This document shows, piece after piece, positions 1 to 12,114 of a stretch of DNA of 64,000 nucleotides (the first letter of the stretch is position 1; each line of letters begins with the position of its first letter). The stretch comes from Marsupella aquatica (Eukaryota > Plantae > Marchantiophyta). A program made the translations under genes and the position numbers. The notes beneath the pieces are model-generated. The model saw only the letters and a list, made by a program, of their open reading frames with translations. It did no database searches and had not been told where the DNA came from. The stretch spans positions 10,506,286-10,570,285 of the forward strand of contig OZ316898.1 of the NCBI GenBank assembly GCA_973895155.1, read 5' to 3'.

Positions 1-1165
1 ACGATGAAGCAAGCCGAAAAGGGTGTGGATACCCTCAAAAAGCAGATTTCAGAGTTGCGTGGCCAGGTGAGTGCTTACGAGACAAGGGCCAAGAGAGCCG
101 ACGCCCTGAGTCTAGGGAAGAAGAAGAAGCCCTGTCCACCCGGTGTTACTCCTGTTGCTTCGCCAGAGATGTTGGCCAAGGCCATTGATGCAGTGGTCAT
201 CGAAGTAACCAAGACTTACGGGCCAATGTTGGAAGCGGCCAAGAAGGACAAGGAGAAGTGCAAGAGCCTGGAGAATAAGTTGAAGTCAACCCGCAAAACA
301 CTAAGGAACGCAACATCTGGCCAGGGAACCACTGGTATGCCACCTAGGTCGGTGACCCCGGGAACTCCCATGGCCATGGGCCAGGTCTTGCCACTGGAAT
401 TGCGGGGTGATGAGGAGACAACATTGTGGAAGGACATCATCGGTCACGGGTACATCAGGGCTTGGCAGGATTTGGCGGCATTATGGAAGCAAGGAACCTC
501 GGGCCAAACGTCGGGAAGGGCCACCCCGGGGAAGAGTAGGGGAGGAGGTGTTGCATCTACCCAGGGGGGTAGTGAGGCCAGTGATGACTCTCGGGGATGG
601 AGCCCTGGCACCGTAAGTGAGTCCGAGGAGGATTAGTAGTGGTATGGATGTTGACCATACGGAGGTTGGTTTTGGGCACATGTCCAACTGGCCAAATCTT
701 GGGCTTATTGGAAGGAGCTCGTCGAGCTGAATCTAACGATGTAAGACACGCCTCAATCGGAGTTAAAATGAGAGAGATACGGACCGGAGTGTTTTGGTGA
801 AGAATTGGGGTCCGACGCCATACGGACGTCCGTACGGCCTTCAGGAGAGTGACCCGGTCAAGTCAGGGCATGTGGCCATGGCCAGGGTACCTCAATTTGA
901 GGTCGTGATGGGGGGCCGGGACCGTACGGACTATTTGGACGCGACGGTGGCCAGGGTAGAGTTTGGGACTCGGTAGGCCATATCTCGGGCGTCTGATGTC
1001 CGTTTTGGGAGCCGTTTTCAGGGTTACGATCAGGATGGCCGTGGCTACTCATGAAATTTCTCAGGACCAGAATTCGATCAATTTCTACTTTCGGCTATTT
1101 CCATGGCCAGGGTAGTGGGAGGCGTTGGCCACCACGTAGCAGGGAGGTAGGCCATGGCCTACTCA
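1..1165 (+). mobile_element. Truncated fragment of a retroelement-associated repeat, same family as 32165-37708
   Basis: GC-rich block ending abruptly at ~1165. Its ORF is clearly homologous to ORF 34784-35467 (TKTYGPxLEAAKKDKEKCKxLExKLK, TGMPPR). The right boundary is approximate. Confidence 0.6.
4..636 (+). CDS. C-terminal part of a TE-associated coiled-coil protein of unknown function (probably 5'-truncated by the window edge)
   Basis: 210-aa ORF, paralogous to 34784-35435 plus 36724-36904 (shared LWxDxIxxGYI and SxQTSGRxTPGK). Confidence 0.55.
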   Translation: MKQAEKGVDTLKKQISELRGQVSAYETRAKRADALSLGKKKKPCPPGVTPVASPEMLAKAIDAVVIEVTKTYGPMLEAAKKDKEKCKSLENKLKSTRKTLRNATSGQGTTGMPPRSVTPGTPMAMGQVLPLELRGDEETTLWKDIIGHGYIRAWQDLAALWKQGTSGQTSGRATPGKSRGGGVASTQGGSEASDDSRGWSPGTVSESEED

Positions 1166-1954
1166 TATAGGACTTAGTCTAGTTTTTGATAAACATACCT
1201 ATTTTGCTTTCAAAATTTTGTTTCTTAACCAACGCATCTACCGCACAAGACATTGATCGTCCAATGTTAGACACTTACAAATGTATCAATGGTACATGTA
1301 AAATGCAACTAAGGTTTGACTCAATAGATTGTGACTTTGCAACATAGGATACTGATGTAGACACCCTTTAGACAACCCTTTAGACAACCTGTAGGTGACC
1401 TATCTCTTATTCATGAGCGCAAGATGTTGGGCATTACTTCCAACAATCTCCAAAGGGGCATATATAATTTCCCTTTGGGCTCTAAATTGGGCTACATAGA
1501 TTTTGGTACCCTCCATGCTCACACATACATACTTGCAAAATGAACATAATTTAAGGTAGGAGAATTTATTATTTCTAAGACTTTACAATCATGCAAAATG
1601 TGTTTGGAGAAAGCTTTCCATGATTAAGGTTAAATGTACTTTTTCATCATGCAACACATGATGGTCGACATAAATCTTCAAAATATACAATAGCAATTGA
1701 AAGAAATATATATGGGAAAGATCAGAGCTAAGTACCATAAGTACAGCAGATATGAACATAAATTGTCTCCAATAATTATCATGAGAGTACCCTGTCACAA
1801 GACAACCATGATATAAAGTTAGTCTCCAAACACGCAAGATTAGTTTTTGTAATGCAAAGGTGAAACTGCAAAAACCTTTTTAAAAATTGGAATTGAGTGA
1901 AAATAAAAAGTTACCTGTTCATGTGTCCATGCACTACACATGTGAATAACCTTA

Positions 1955-2104
1955 CTATGCATTTTGTAAGGTTACATATTCCACCAAATTCTGGTGTTCT
2001 CGAGGTGATAAAACATAGTATTTCCGTTGCATGTTGAATTCAAGGGTGATTGTCTGGATTACAGTAGATAAAGGAACCCAACACTTATCCCGACCATCAT
2101 ACTT
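1955..2104 (-). pseudogene. C-terminal ~50 codons of the P-like transposase gene, displaced by the CACTA insertion
   Basis: Removing 2105-12114 and one CTT joins ...SKKTSKWK to YDGRDKCWVPLSTVIQTITLEFNMQRKYYVLSPREHQNLVEYVTLQNA* in frame (TAG at 1955-1957). Confidence 0.75.
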
Positions 2105-2140
2105 CACTAGAAGAATCCGAGGTGAACTGAGACCGCAATA

Positions 2141-2460
2141 TGTGACTCATTTTGGCTCATGTGACTTCATTGTGACTCAACGTGACTTGACCCACGCTGT
2201 GACCCTTGGAGTTGCAAAAGTTGAGACCAAAAAATGGAAGTCACTATTGATACTGGGCTTTGCAACTTGCTTGATACCCATTTGTGACTGATCTGTGACT
2301 TTATTGTGGAGTCTAGCCTTGTTTCTACGTGACTGCAATATGACTTCAGCGAGTCACATAGTAAGTCACATACATGACTTACCCGCATTCAACAACGACT
2401 AGCGTGTGACCATTTAGTGTCACAGGAGAGACCAATGGAGACCCTGGCCCGCGTCACACA
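2141..2460. repeat. CACTA subterminal repeats (GTGAC/GTCAC in both orientations)
   Basis: More than ten (T)GTGAC(T) / GTCAC motifs immediately inside the left TIR, as expected for TnpA-binding subterminal repeats. Confidence 0.75.
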
Positions 2461-2958
2461 ACAAAACCATTTGGGACTCTATATACTCATGTTTATAACT
2501 AATAAGGTTCACATGCAAGTTATAACCATGACTAATGAACAGAGAGGGACAGTTCATAAGGAGAGAGAGCACTCCACATTACAATACATAGAAACTGATG
2601 TTCTAACTTTAGAAATATAACACATTGAATACAAGAAATGAACATAGCATGAATGACATCCACATGAAACAAAGCATCATATAAGCAGATCCTACATAAA
2701 ACATTCATAAGAATTAAACACAATCACAATCTTGCTAAAAAATGAAGATCATTTAAATTCCAATGGAATAGTTTACAATGTGATCAATGTAATTCAGACA
2801 AAACAGGAACTCATAATTGATGACTGCAGGATGAGATAACTGAAAGCACATGCATGATACTATGAATCTCCAAGAGGACATGATTCTTGTACTGCTTCTT
2901 GACATCTAAAATCTACATGACATGACTCACACTACAAACAAATAATGGCATGACATTG

Positions 2959-5900
2959 TTATGGATCCTCTATGAACTTGCTTGGCCATAATACCAAAGA
3001 ACCTGCAGCATCTCCAAGTGTCTTTTGAGGAGGATCATCATTTGTGTTTGGAATGGGAAGGACAACTTTAGGTTTCACTAGTAATGTGACTAACACTACT
3101 GAATAACTTGGGGGAATCCTCTTGCCATGGAACGTTGTGGAACCAACCTGCACTCTGCCAAATCCTACTCGTGTTCCACTCTCATCAATAGCTAACAAGC
3201 CACTTTGTCCCTCAGCATTAGGTGCTTTCCCCACTTCCACTTTAGATCTTTCTGCCAGCACTGTTCTTGGAGGTTTGTATGAAACCTTTGACGTGGCTTT
3301 GCTCCCACCAGCAGACTTGCTTCGTGTGCGCATGCTTCCTCTCTTCACAGTAGTGAAGCTAGGCTCAGTAGGTTCCTCTATTAGGACTGTCACAGTAGCA
3401 GGTTCATCACCTGGGAGTGTCATACCAACTAACTCTTTGGTTGGATTTATCTCAACAAGAGGCACACCTATCATTGAGAATGATACATTCTGCAAATCAT
3501 TTATCTCTGCAATGGAGTCAAGATCTACATAGCATGAATCTGGCTCAATGGTATCCTTGTCATGCTTGCTGATATCCTCATTTGCCCCAACATTGATATC
3601 ATCCACTCCCTTGCCAATGTCATCCTTATCCAAACATGGTTGACTGCCCTCTGTCAAACAAGTTGCTTGTACAAACTGCAACTTTGTTGCCTCTAAATTA
3701 CAGCGAGTATTTGCCAGGTTCTCATATTTCTTCTCTGTAGCACCTGTCTTATTCTCTATGGACACAACAACCACAATATATGTTACTAAAAATAACACAT
3801 TCAACAAACAATGTCAATTCAAACTATACATTTAATAATCATATCCCACACAGTTGTAAAGGCCTTACCTTCAAGCCTACATGTCGTTGGCATGCCAGAA
3901 GAGTGCATCGACTTTGCCACCTCAAGTGGTGATGGTGGAACTCCTGCAGAATTGGAATCAATTTTATCTCTCACCGACACAACAGCTTCCATTAATGTCT
4001 TGAAGTTCACATGGAACAAGTCAGTCAATGAATTCAAACGTTCATTGATCTCTGGAAGACATGTTTCGACAGCCTTCAAACGACCACTTATCTCTGTAAG
4101 TAAAGATCCACCTCCCTACATGACACATGGGTATAGGTTCAATCACTCCATATGAAATGTTGGGCAATATATGCACAATCAATGTTATATACAGTGTACA
4201 CCTGAAATTCAACGCAGGTCATTCAATTACCAATCAGAACTCATATAACTTACATGCTTGGAGGATTCAGATACACCCTCTTGAGCTCGGGTGTTCACAA
4301 TTTTGGCCCTCAACTCTTCTTTTGAAGGGCTTTGCCCCAATTGGGGTTTCTGCACATGCATGGCAAACACAAGTTATCGATCAATATTCAGGGAATGTAC
4401 ACTAAAAAACAAAGTTTACATGTATGGGTTTACACTAAAAAACAGTACATAGTGTAGCATAAATTACATAGCTAGGCCATTCATTCTTACCAAACGTTTA
4501 GCTGTCGGTGCAGTGCCGGTCCTTCCTGTCAGATTAGGGTTCTGAACACTCAACCTGGCCTCGGTCATCTGTGAACTCTTCTTTTTTGAAGCATCTGTTA
4601 CAAAATAAGCTACTAACCTTGCCCACACTTTATCATCACAACTGGCTGGTGGAGGCATATCTGGCTTCTCCCCACCTTCCTTCCAAGCCTTATGCATTCT
4701 CCACCTCTCTTGCTTGATGATTTTACCTGCTGTACTCTCTAGGCAACCTATGTCCACGCCATCATCACTGCCCACATAATTCCATTTGCCAGCAACATTT
4801 TCACATACAGTCTTCCAATCTTTTGGATGCTGTTTTTTAAAATTAATAACACTCACATCTAACCAACGCAATACTTCAGCTTTCAAATTAGCATGCCATC
4901 GGTTCTTGCGAGGACACTCAGCATCCACCCATTGTCTCTCATTCAACTTTACGTTCCCTTTCTTTGTCACCTCCCCTCGTGCACTGCTCTCGGTAGTACT
5001 GGGCGTTGTATTGGCCACCCCTTCATTCACCCTACCTGGGGTTCTGAAGCCACCTGGGAAAATACAATGCCATTCATGCTTGAGAACTACATACAGCAGA
5101 ATGGATGACGGCAACATTCAATGCTTCACTTCAAGAAGAATTCTTCAAACATACATACCTGTAGCTCTGCCTGTAGATGCCTGTGCAGGGACTGCACTCT
5201 GAAATTGTTGCGACCCTGGACCACCTGTCCAGCCTAGTACAGGGGCCGAATGATGTCACTTTCTAGGTATGTGTGTGCAAACATATGTACTGAAAACTAA
5301 GTACAAACTGTAGGAAAACAACTGAACATTCACCGACATACCTGTCCCCCTTCCGTGCTGCATCTGCATAGGGGCATTAGTGAATACTTGAGTCGATGGT
5401 TCGACTGTCCAACCTACACACATACATTTTCTATCATTATACATGTGCAGAATCCCCCCCCACGTGAATGGACTCCAGATATAATGGGTTCTTCCATTGC
5501 TGACAAGATCAGACATTACCTGCCCCTCTTCCAACGTTTGTAGGTACTGTATTTTGATATCCTTGCCAATTACCTTCACCACCTTCCCAACCTTGTTCAT
5601 TCCACGACCCACCACCATCCTCCCAACCTGGTTCAACCCATGTTTGTCCTTGTGGACATTGGAACTGATCATTACTAGCATTTGCCCAATCAGGTTGGGC
5701 AGAATCTGCATGCAATGGTAGGTGGACAAAATTTCATGTTGTCTGAATCCAATACATCCCAAACAATGTCAAAAATTGATATGCAGTCTGAAATTCAGGA
5801 GTGTCATGCCTTCACAAAGAACTGGCATATAGATATATACTCACATCCCCATGGTTGAGGTGGACGTCCAAACCCACGAGACTGTGGGTTTGGACCTGCT

Positions 5901-6461
5901 CTGCCTCTACCATGGGCATAACCTAGAGCTTGCCCCCTGCCATAGTATTGGGCACCAGCCTGGGATCTACCACTACTACCACCTTGCCAACCTTGATCAA
6001 AGGTCAGCCCCCCCTGCTGGTATGGTGCATGCACAGGCTTTGAAGGCAAAACAGAACTGGCAGGACGCTGCATCACATCACCAACTACAATGTCAGGAAC
6101 TAAGCAAGGTACATATGTGTAGTACTGAACATATGAAACCTCCAAATAAGAGTTTTTAACTCAAAACCTTGTTGGGAAAACTACTTACCTGTTTCTTTTG
6201 GGGCTGCTCTGCAATGTATTCATCTTCATAACCCCCATCCTCATCCATTTCCTCTGGAAAATACTCATCATCTGCATCTTCTTGTCTAGTGTCTGCACCC
6301 ACCTGTGCAGCATCCATGTCATCTCCACATTCTGCCATTGTAGGTACCACCTTCTTGCTCAACCTTTCACTCCGACGCACACGCCCAGAGATAGTGTTGG
6401 ACACCCTTCTTGCATACTCCTTTCGTTTCTTTGAAAATTCTGTGGTTCTGCAACATTCCAA
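2959..6461 (-). CDS. CACTA TnpA-like multi-exon gene (Ptta/En/Spm-type domain plus Tnp1/En/Spm-like C-terminal domain); possibly disrupted, 5' end uncertain
   Basis: 4464-5053 reads PPPASCDDKVWARLVAYF...KKSSQMTEARLSVQNPNLTGRTG, typical of plant En/Spm Ptta-like proteins. 2959-3200 reads VGFGRV...HGKRIPPSYSVVLV...LPIP...TLGDAAGSLVLWP, typical of the Tnp1-like domain. Small GT-AG exons lie at ~6090-5845, 5705-5520 and 5413-5342. Confidence 0.7.
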
Positions 6462-7039
6462 TATGAAAATACAATCACAATTTCAGTGCCACATTGAACT
6501 ATTCATGTCACACAAACTCACTGCAGGATCATATTAGGATCCCCAGGAATCCCGCCATCTTGCATTGCATCATTCATTTGATCATCAAGCGACTGCGGTG
6601 ATTCTTGTAGCAAGTGGCGAACCTCCTCTCTTTTTCTGCATCAACAATGTTTTAGTCAGGCACCAAAACGCATTGACTCTGATTCAAGACTGTACACGTA
6701 TCTACTGTGATTGCAAAGACACCCTTTGGCCAAATGCTGATGGTCAAGAGAAAACCATCTGCACTAAGAGCTGAATAGTCAAGCATATGGAAGCCCCCAA
6801 ATTCCGAAACGACAAGACCCATGGGGGTGAAGAATTTACAAAGCCGGCATGGAAGTAAAAGATTTCAGACAGACAAGATATCTGAAGGAGAACTCTTTGG
6901 GAGAAACAATTACATCCATCGTAAAATACACCAAGATTGAAGAAAGACAAGCTGAATAGGCAGATTACAGGAATGTAAAAATTCACATCAAAAAAGGAAT
7001 AATATGCGGCTGGCTATAACAACCAAAATAAGATCTCCT

Positions 7040-7272
7040 GACCTCCAGAAGTCAAGGGATTAGCATTTTGGGCCACATTTTCCTTTAGAAATATCTACAG
7101 CTTGGTTATACACTACATTAGTGTGCGTACAGCTTTGTAGACAGGTGACCTCCAGAAGTCAAGGGATTAGCATTTGGGCCACAGTTTCCTTTAGAAATAT
7201 CTACAGCTTGGTTATACACTACATTAGTGTGCGTACAGCTTGGTTATACACTACATTAGTGTGCATACAGCT
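7040..7272. repeat. Tandem duplication (~108-bp spacing x2, plus an extra ~32-bp subunit)
   Basis: GACCTCCAGAAGTCAAGGGATTAGCATTT...GGTTATACACTACATTAGTGTGCGTACAGCT occurs twice and its last part a third time. Confidence 0.85.
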
Positions 7273-8887
7273 AGACCGGTTTGTCAATCCTATGAATGCT
7301 TTGAAGCTTCATGCCTTCCACTACTTCTAGGAGACTCTTGCAACTTCCACCATCCTGTTGAGCATCGTGTTCGGCAAGGACCGCATTTGTTGTCTGAAAT
7401 TTTTGCAGAATTGCACAACTAGACCAACCTGTGATGGCAAAAGGGCTGTGTGCGCGAAGAGTGTCTAAGCAGGGCACGTTCTTTTCTTCGTCAACCACAG
7501 CACCAGGTGGTCCACCATCATTGTACAACATTCTGGCGGCCCTTGGATCATACAGTTCTGGGTATAGTTATGGTCGCATGCAAAGATCCTGGACCCCTGG
7601 CGTTGAAAGAGAGAGTGAGAGAGATCCGATTGCGCCCTTACGGCATTCTTTCATTTCGTTCCTTCGGTGCCTAATCGATTATCCCACTGCCGCCCACCCA
7701 TCAACGTGACACCAATAATTTTCTCACATCATTGCTGCACTGATTCACAACACTATGCTATAACTACAGAGGGGGAGACGACAGACGGAAGCAATCAAGA
7801 GCACCTGGGGGACCGTGGTGTCTCTCTCACCATAGTAACCGAGCTTCCAATCCTGCAGCGTGTTTGGACAAATATACTAAACAGAGGTAGTCATGTTTTC
7901 ATTAATTTGGATGAAAAGGCTCTAGAGCAGCAACCAAATAAGATTAACGGAGCGTCTTCATTGTAAAGATTCTTTCCGTCCTCCAACATAGCACTCATCT
8001 ATACGTTAAAGAAGAAAGAACAACGAGAATTTCAGTGAGGTGAAATAGGAGGACAAGGATCCATAGGCAAGTTTGCAAAAGGCCTTTGCCACCGTCACAC
8101 CATCCTTCTTAACTTCACGATAACCAAAACTTTGCTCTGTAACCACATTTTGACCTTGGAAAAGAGTTACAGATTCACAAAGCAATGAGTGACTGGTACA
8201 AGGATGTCACGCACCTACGACACACCTAGACATAATTTTATGAGGGACGGACAATAATTACGTTAAGCAGATGTCTTCTACACCTTTGGGCCCATGGTAA
8301 CCTTCTCAGCATTCGGTAATTCATCAACACCTTGGAGTGTAAGAGCCCTCGAATTGCCTCGACTCCAAACCTGGTATCCTTTGATCCATAAATTTGCACC
8401 AGTTTCGACCTGCTGCATTCTCAACTCTGAATCAGACCAACACAAGAGCATCTGTCTGGTAACTGCGTTAAGGACAAACACTCGGGTCAACTGCTACGAT
8501 CTAAAAACATAGTACAGATGGACGGAGAGTTACAATTCACCTCCAACGTTGTAATTCGAGAGTACGAGGTTGTGAACACTACTTCTTCACATGCTTCCTA
8601 GTTAGTACAGTACGACTATTTCTGCTAGCGACTCTACAATCTGCCGGATGGATAAAATCTACCGGCAGTGGATGGAATCTTTGGAATTGGGAACTGAATA
8701 GTCGAATCTATCCAGGACCAATTCAATAGTGAACTATTCGGACAGGAGGGTCCGTAGTGCACATAGATACTGGAGTAACCTCACTTCTCATCGCACTGTT
8801 GAACGAATCGAGAAGCATAAAATTGCCAACTTCAAGAGAAAAAACACACGACCTACTTCATGGTTGACTGAAAGAAAAGCCACCCAC

Positions 8888-9000
8888 CTGCCTGGCCGCA
8901 ATTTGAGTGTAGCGGAGAAATTTGTGAATGTTCCTGTACTCTCTGGAGACAAGGATTCACCTCGCATCCAATTATCAAACGACCCCATCACTGTGACGTC
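8888..9000 (-). pseudogene. Captured single exon of a PTST1-like CBM48 (starch-targeting) gene inside the CACTA element
   Basis: AG-GT-bounded 113-nt exon encoding DVTVMGSFDNWMRGESLSPESTGTFTNFSATLKLRPGR, matching the CBM48 motif V.VMGSFDGW..GE.LSPE.TG....FS..L.LRPGR of plant PTST1. Flanking exons were not found. Confidence 0.7.
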
Positions 9001-11433
9001 CTGGCAAACAAAAGCATTAGTATAGAGAGAAGGAAAAGAACGACAACAAAAACCAAGATCAGATCTAATTTCAACAGGGAACCTGTCAAATACTACTCAA
9101 TACAATAAGGGCCAACTCGCATGTGTGCGTCCTCAAAAATGCGGCCCTTGGCCTACGCAAAAAACAACCCTTGATCATCAGAAGCAAGCAAGGCATGCGA
9201 TGGATCAAGAAGTCAATGCAGCTGCCCCCGGTGAATTTCTGTGATTCCCTCCGCCCTCGTGCACTTCATTGTGGTTGCACCCCATAGTTAAATTATTGTT
9301 GAGAAAACTGTTGCATGCCAATCTGAAGAACACGAAAACAATTTTGCCTTTGCAGCTCTTTACGAGTAGTCATTCTGAGCTGGGACAGGGCAGAAAGGAC
9401 ACGCAAACACATTGTCGTCATTCGTTAATGCCAGGATCTCATATTCGAGGTAAGGTAAATACAGAGTGTTCATGCATGAACCTGCATCTTGGCAGCTCAG
9501 TCTTGACATTGTACTTGACAATCGGACGTCTTAGAGAATTGAGATATCTCTTAGGACAATTGAAACTCAGGCACTCTCTTCAGTACTATCGAATCCAAGA
9601 TGCGAAAATGGATACTGAGACGACAGCTCAAAGCAACTTTGAAGCAACATCAAAAACCTTGGGATAAGGCTACCACCGGAGGACCCCAGGTTCTGGATAG
9701 TCACTTCCAGAAAGCAAGTGGGTTCCAAGATCATGGAACGCCGTTGTGTGGAAGCCTACACACATGTGTTCGCTATCACCCAAGGCAAAGCCAAAGGATC
9801 TTGCTTGAAACTCTTTCTCAAGATGTTCAAAATCATTGTTCTCTGCCACGGGTGACTCTTCAGAGCCCTGAAATTATTCGATAGTCACGCCTACTACGAT
9901 TACCGCCTCATCAATGAGCTAGAAGCAAATCTTTTGCAAGATGAAGCAGGTCGAGGAAGGATCAGCAACTTAGTTGGAGAATCGAAAACTCCAGCTATAA
10001 AACACATATTCCCGGGTGATCGCTACACCAGCGAACGTTCACAAACACGTCCTAAAGTATCACAATATTGTCACCAATCCTCACTTCCTTATAGAATACA
10101 ACGATTTCTCCGTGGATTATTTGGTGCATAGTGACACGAGGGGAAGAAATGATGAAGAAGAAAAATATGTTTTCAAAGGCCTAACTCTGTAAATCCAAGC
10201 TCCCAGTTCGCAAATCCATCTTATTCCACTACGTACCGTGACCAAAATCTCATACCCTAAAAAGATGCCCTGCAGCTCCCATACACTACTTTGTCCCAAA
10301 ATACAGATCCCGGCTCTTACACAAACCTCAAGAAAAGATAAACCCAGGACCTGATCACCTCTTCCGCTTACTACGACCGTGTCCCAGCAGGGATTCCAAA
10401 GACGAAGACAAAAGAAAATGCACTACGAGATGGGGTGAATAATCGACTGACAGCCAAGAATAGAAGAGCAAACAAAGAAAACCCACCTTGCAACACTCAC
10501 AAAATGCTGTCGCAGGCTCTACATTGTCGCAGCCCGCTGACTGCCCGTATCATGAATTGCGCATGAAGCACTACTGTAAAACTGCAAAACCAGCAACTTA
10601 ACTCGGACGACGGGCTGAATGACAGTTACTTTCCAAAGCTCTCGTTGTCTTTGCACGCCCTCACACCACTCAACTGTTGAAGGGCCACGCAGCAAAAACC
10701 TACTTTTCCATAGCGATTGAAGCTCATAGTCTAATGCTTTAATCTACGTCCTAAGTGAAAGTTTGCAAATCGAGCAAGGCGACCCTGTTTGAATATTGGC
10801 GACCATCAGGCTCCACCCCTCCTTTCTCGCTACCATTCCCCCATGTGATGGTTAAGCTTCTCAGGACACAATCAATCGCACAAATGTAGCTTAAAGCAGG
10901 ACCTCACTAAGCACACTATCGGTTAGGACCTTACAGACATAGAGGTGACATAGAGATAGATAGGTCAACGCAACCTTACTTGGGCCGATGCAGCATGTCT
11001 CTTGACAATGTGAAGCAGTGTAGCATTCCTCCGCCTAGCTCGCAGTGATCCTCCGCCTTGCTTGTAGTAACCAGCCTCCGCCTACCTAGCTTGCACTGTC
11101 ACGGCTGCAACTTTTTGTGCAATGACTTGGCCCTCCTGCCAACTGTGAGCTCCCAAAAGTATGTCGAGCAGATGTACACTCAAGCTCGACCTCGCAGAGC
11201 TCAACTCCAAGTCGGCAGCTCTCACTTGAAACTCAATAGCAGCTTAGCTCACCAGCAGGTTGAAAAGCGACAATGGACTCCCCTCAAAACTGATTGGCAG
11301 ACCTCCACACTGACGCTCGTAGCAGGCCAATCCTAAACACATTTGCACCCTAAAGTCCAATCGCGCTCAAACACTTTCATTGCCCCCTACAGGAAGTTCG
11401 CAAAGAGTGCAGCTGGAATGAAGGTCGTCGACT

Positions 11434-11542
11434 CCCAATTTCCCTCGCAAAACCAACCTCCGCGGCACACTGACCCTGAACACTTAGGGCACGGGCCCCA
11501 ATTTCTCTCGCAAAACCAACCTCCAAGGTACACTGACCCTGA
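11434..11542. repeat. Direct repeat of ~46 bp at 63-bp spacing
   Basis: CCCAATTTCxCTCGCAAAACCAACCTCCxxGGxACACTGACCCTGA occurs twice. Confidence 0.8.
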
Positions 11543-12114
11543 GGGAAAGTAGTACCCCTCACATGTGGGCAGCCATCGAGTGACTTAGCAAACAGGTTGG
11601 TTTGGACATAAAAGAACAAATGCAAATGACTTAGCAAAAAGTTCAATGTGGGGAGAGTGCATTTTGGTCAAGAACAAGGCCAAATATAGTCAGGTATGAC
11701 CCCACATTATAAGTGAAAGTACCCACCATTTTGATGAAAACCCCCATATTTATACCCATTTAGATTTGGACTTATTGAACCATGAGTGTGCAATATGTAG
11801 TTGCACCGGGAGTTGCACATTAGGGATTGGCATCCGAAATTGGCTAATGGGGTATGCATGCTGACGGAATTTTAAAAAATGATGTCCAATGCACTATTGT
11901 GGAGTAACTAACATAACTTACCTATTTCTTACTTACCAGTGTTACAATAGCGACATTGGATAAAGTTGTAAGCATGACTTCCCACAGCCTCACCAAAACT
12001 TAGTTGGTATGATGTAACTAACATGACACCCACAAACTTGGAGTCGCATATTTATGAAGGTCTTGCACAAGTCACATAGGGGAGGGTCTCAGAATGGGTG
12101 GTTTTCTTCTAGTG

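Larger units (their letters stand above)
2105..12114. mobile_element. Non-autonomous CACTA (En/Spm) DNA transposon, ~10 kb
   Basis: TIRs CACTAGAAGAA (2105-2115) and TTCTTCTAGTG (12104-12114); 3-bp TSD CTT (2102-2104, 12115-12117); dense GTGAC/GTCAC subterminal motifs; TnpA-like gene inside; no TnpD DDE transposase recognised. Confidence 0.9.
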
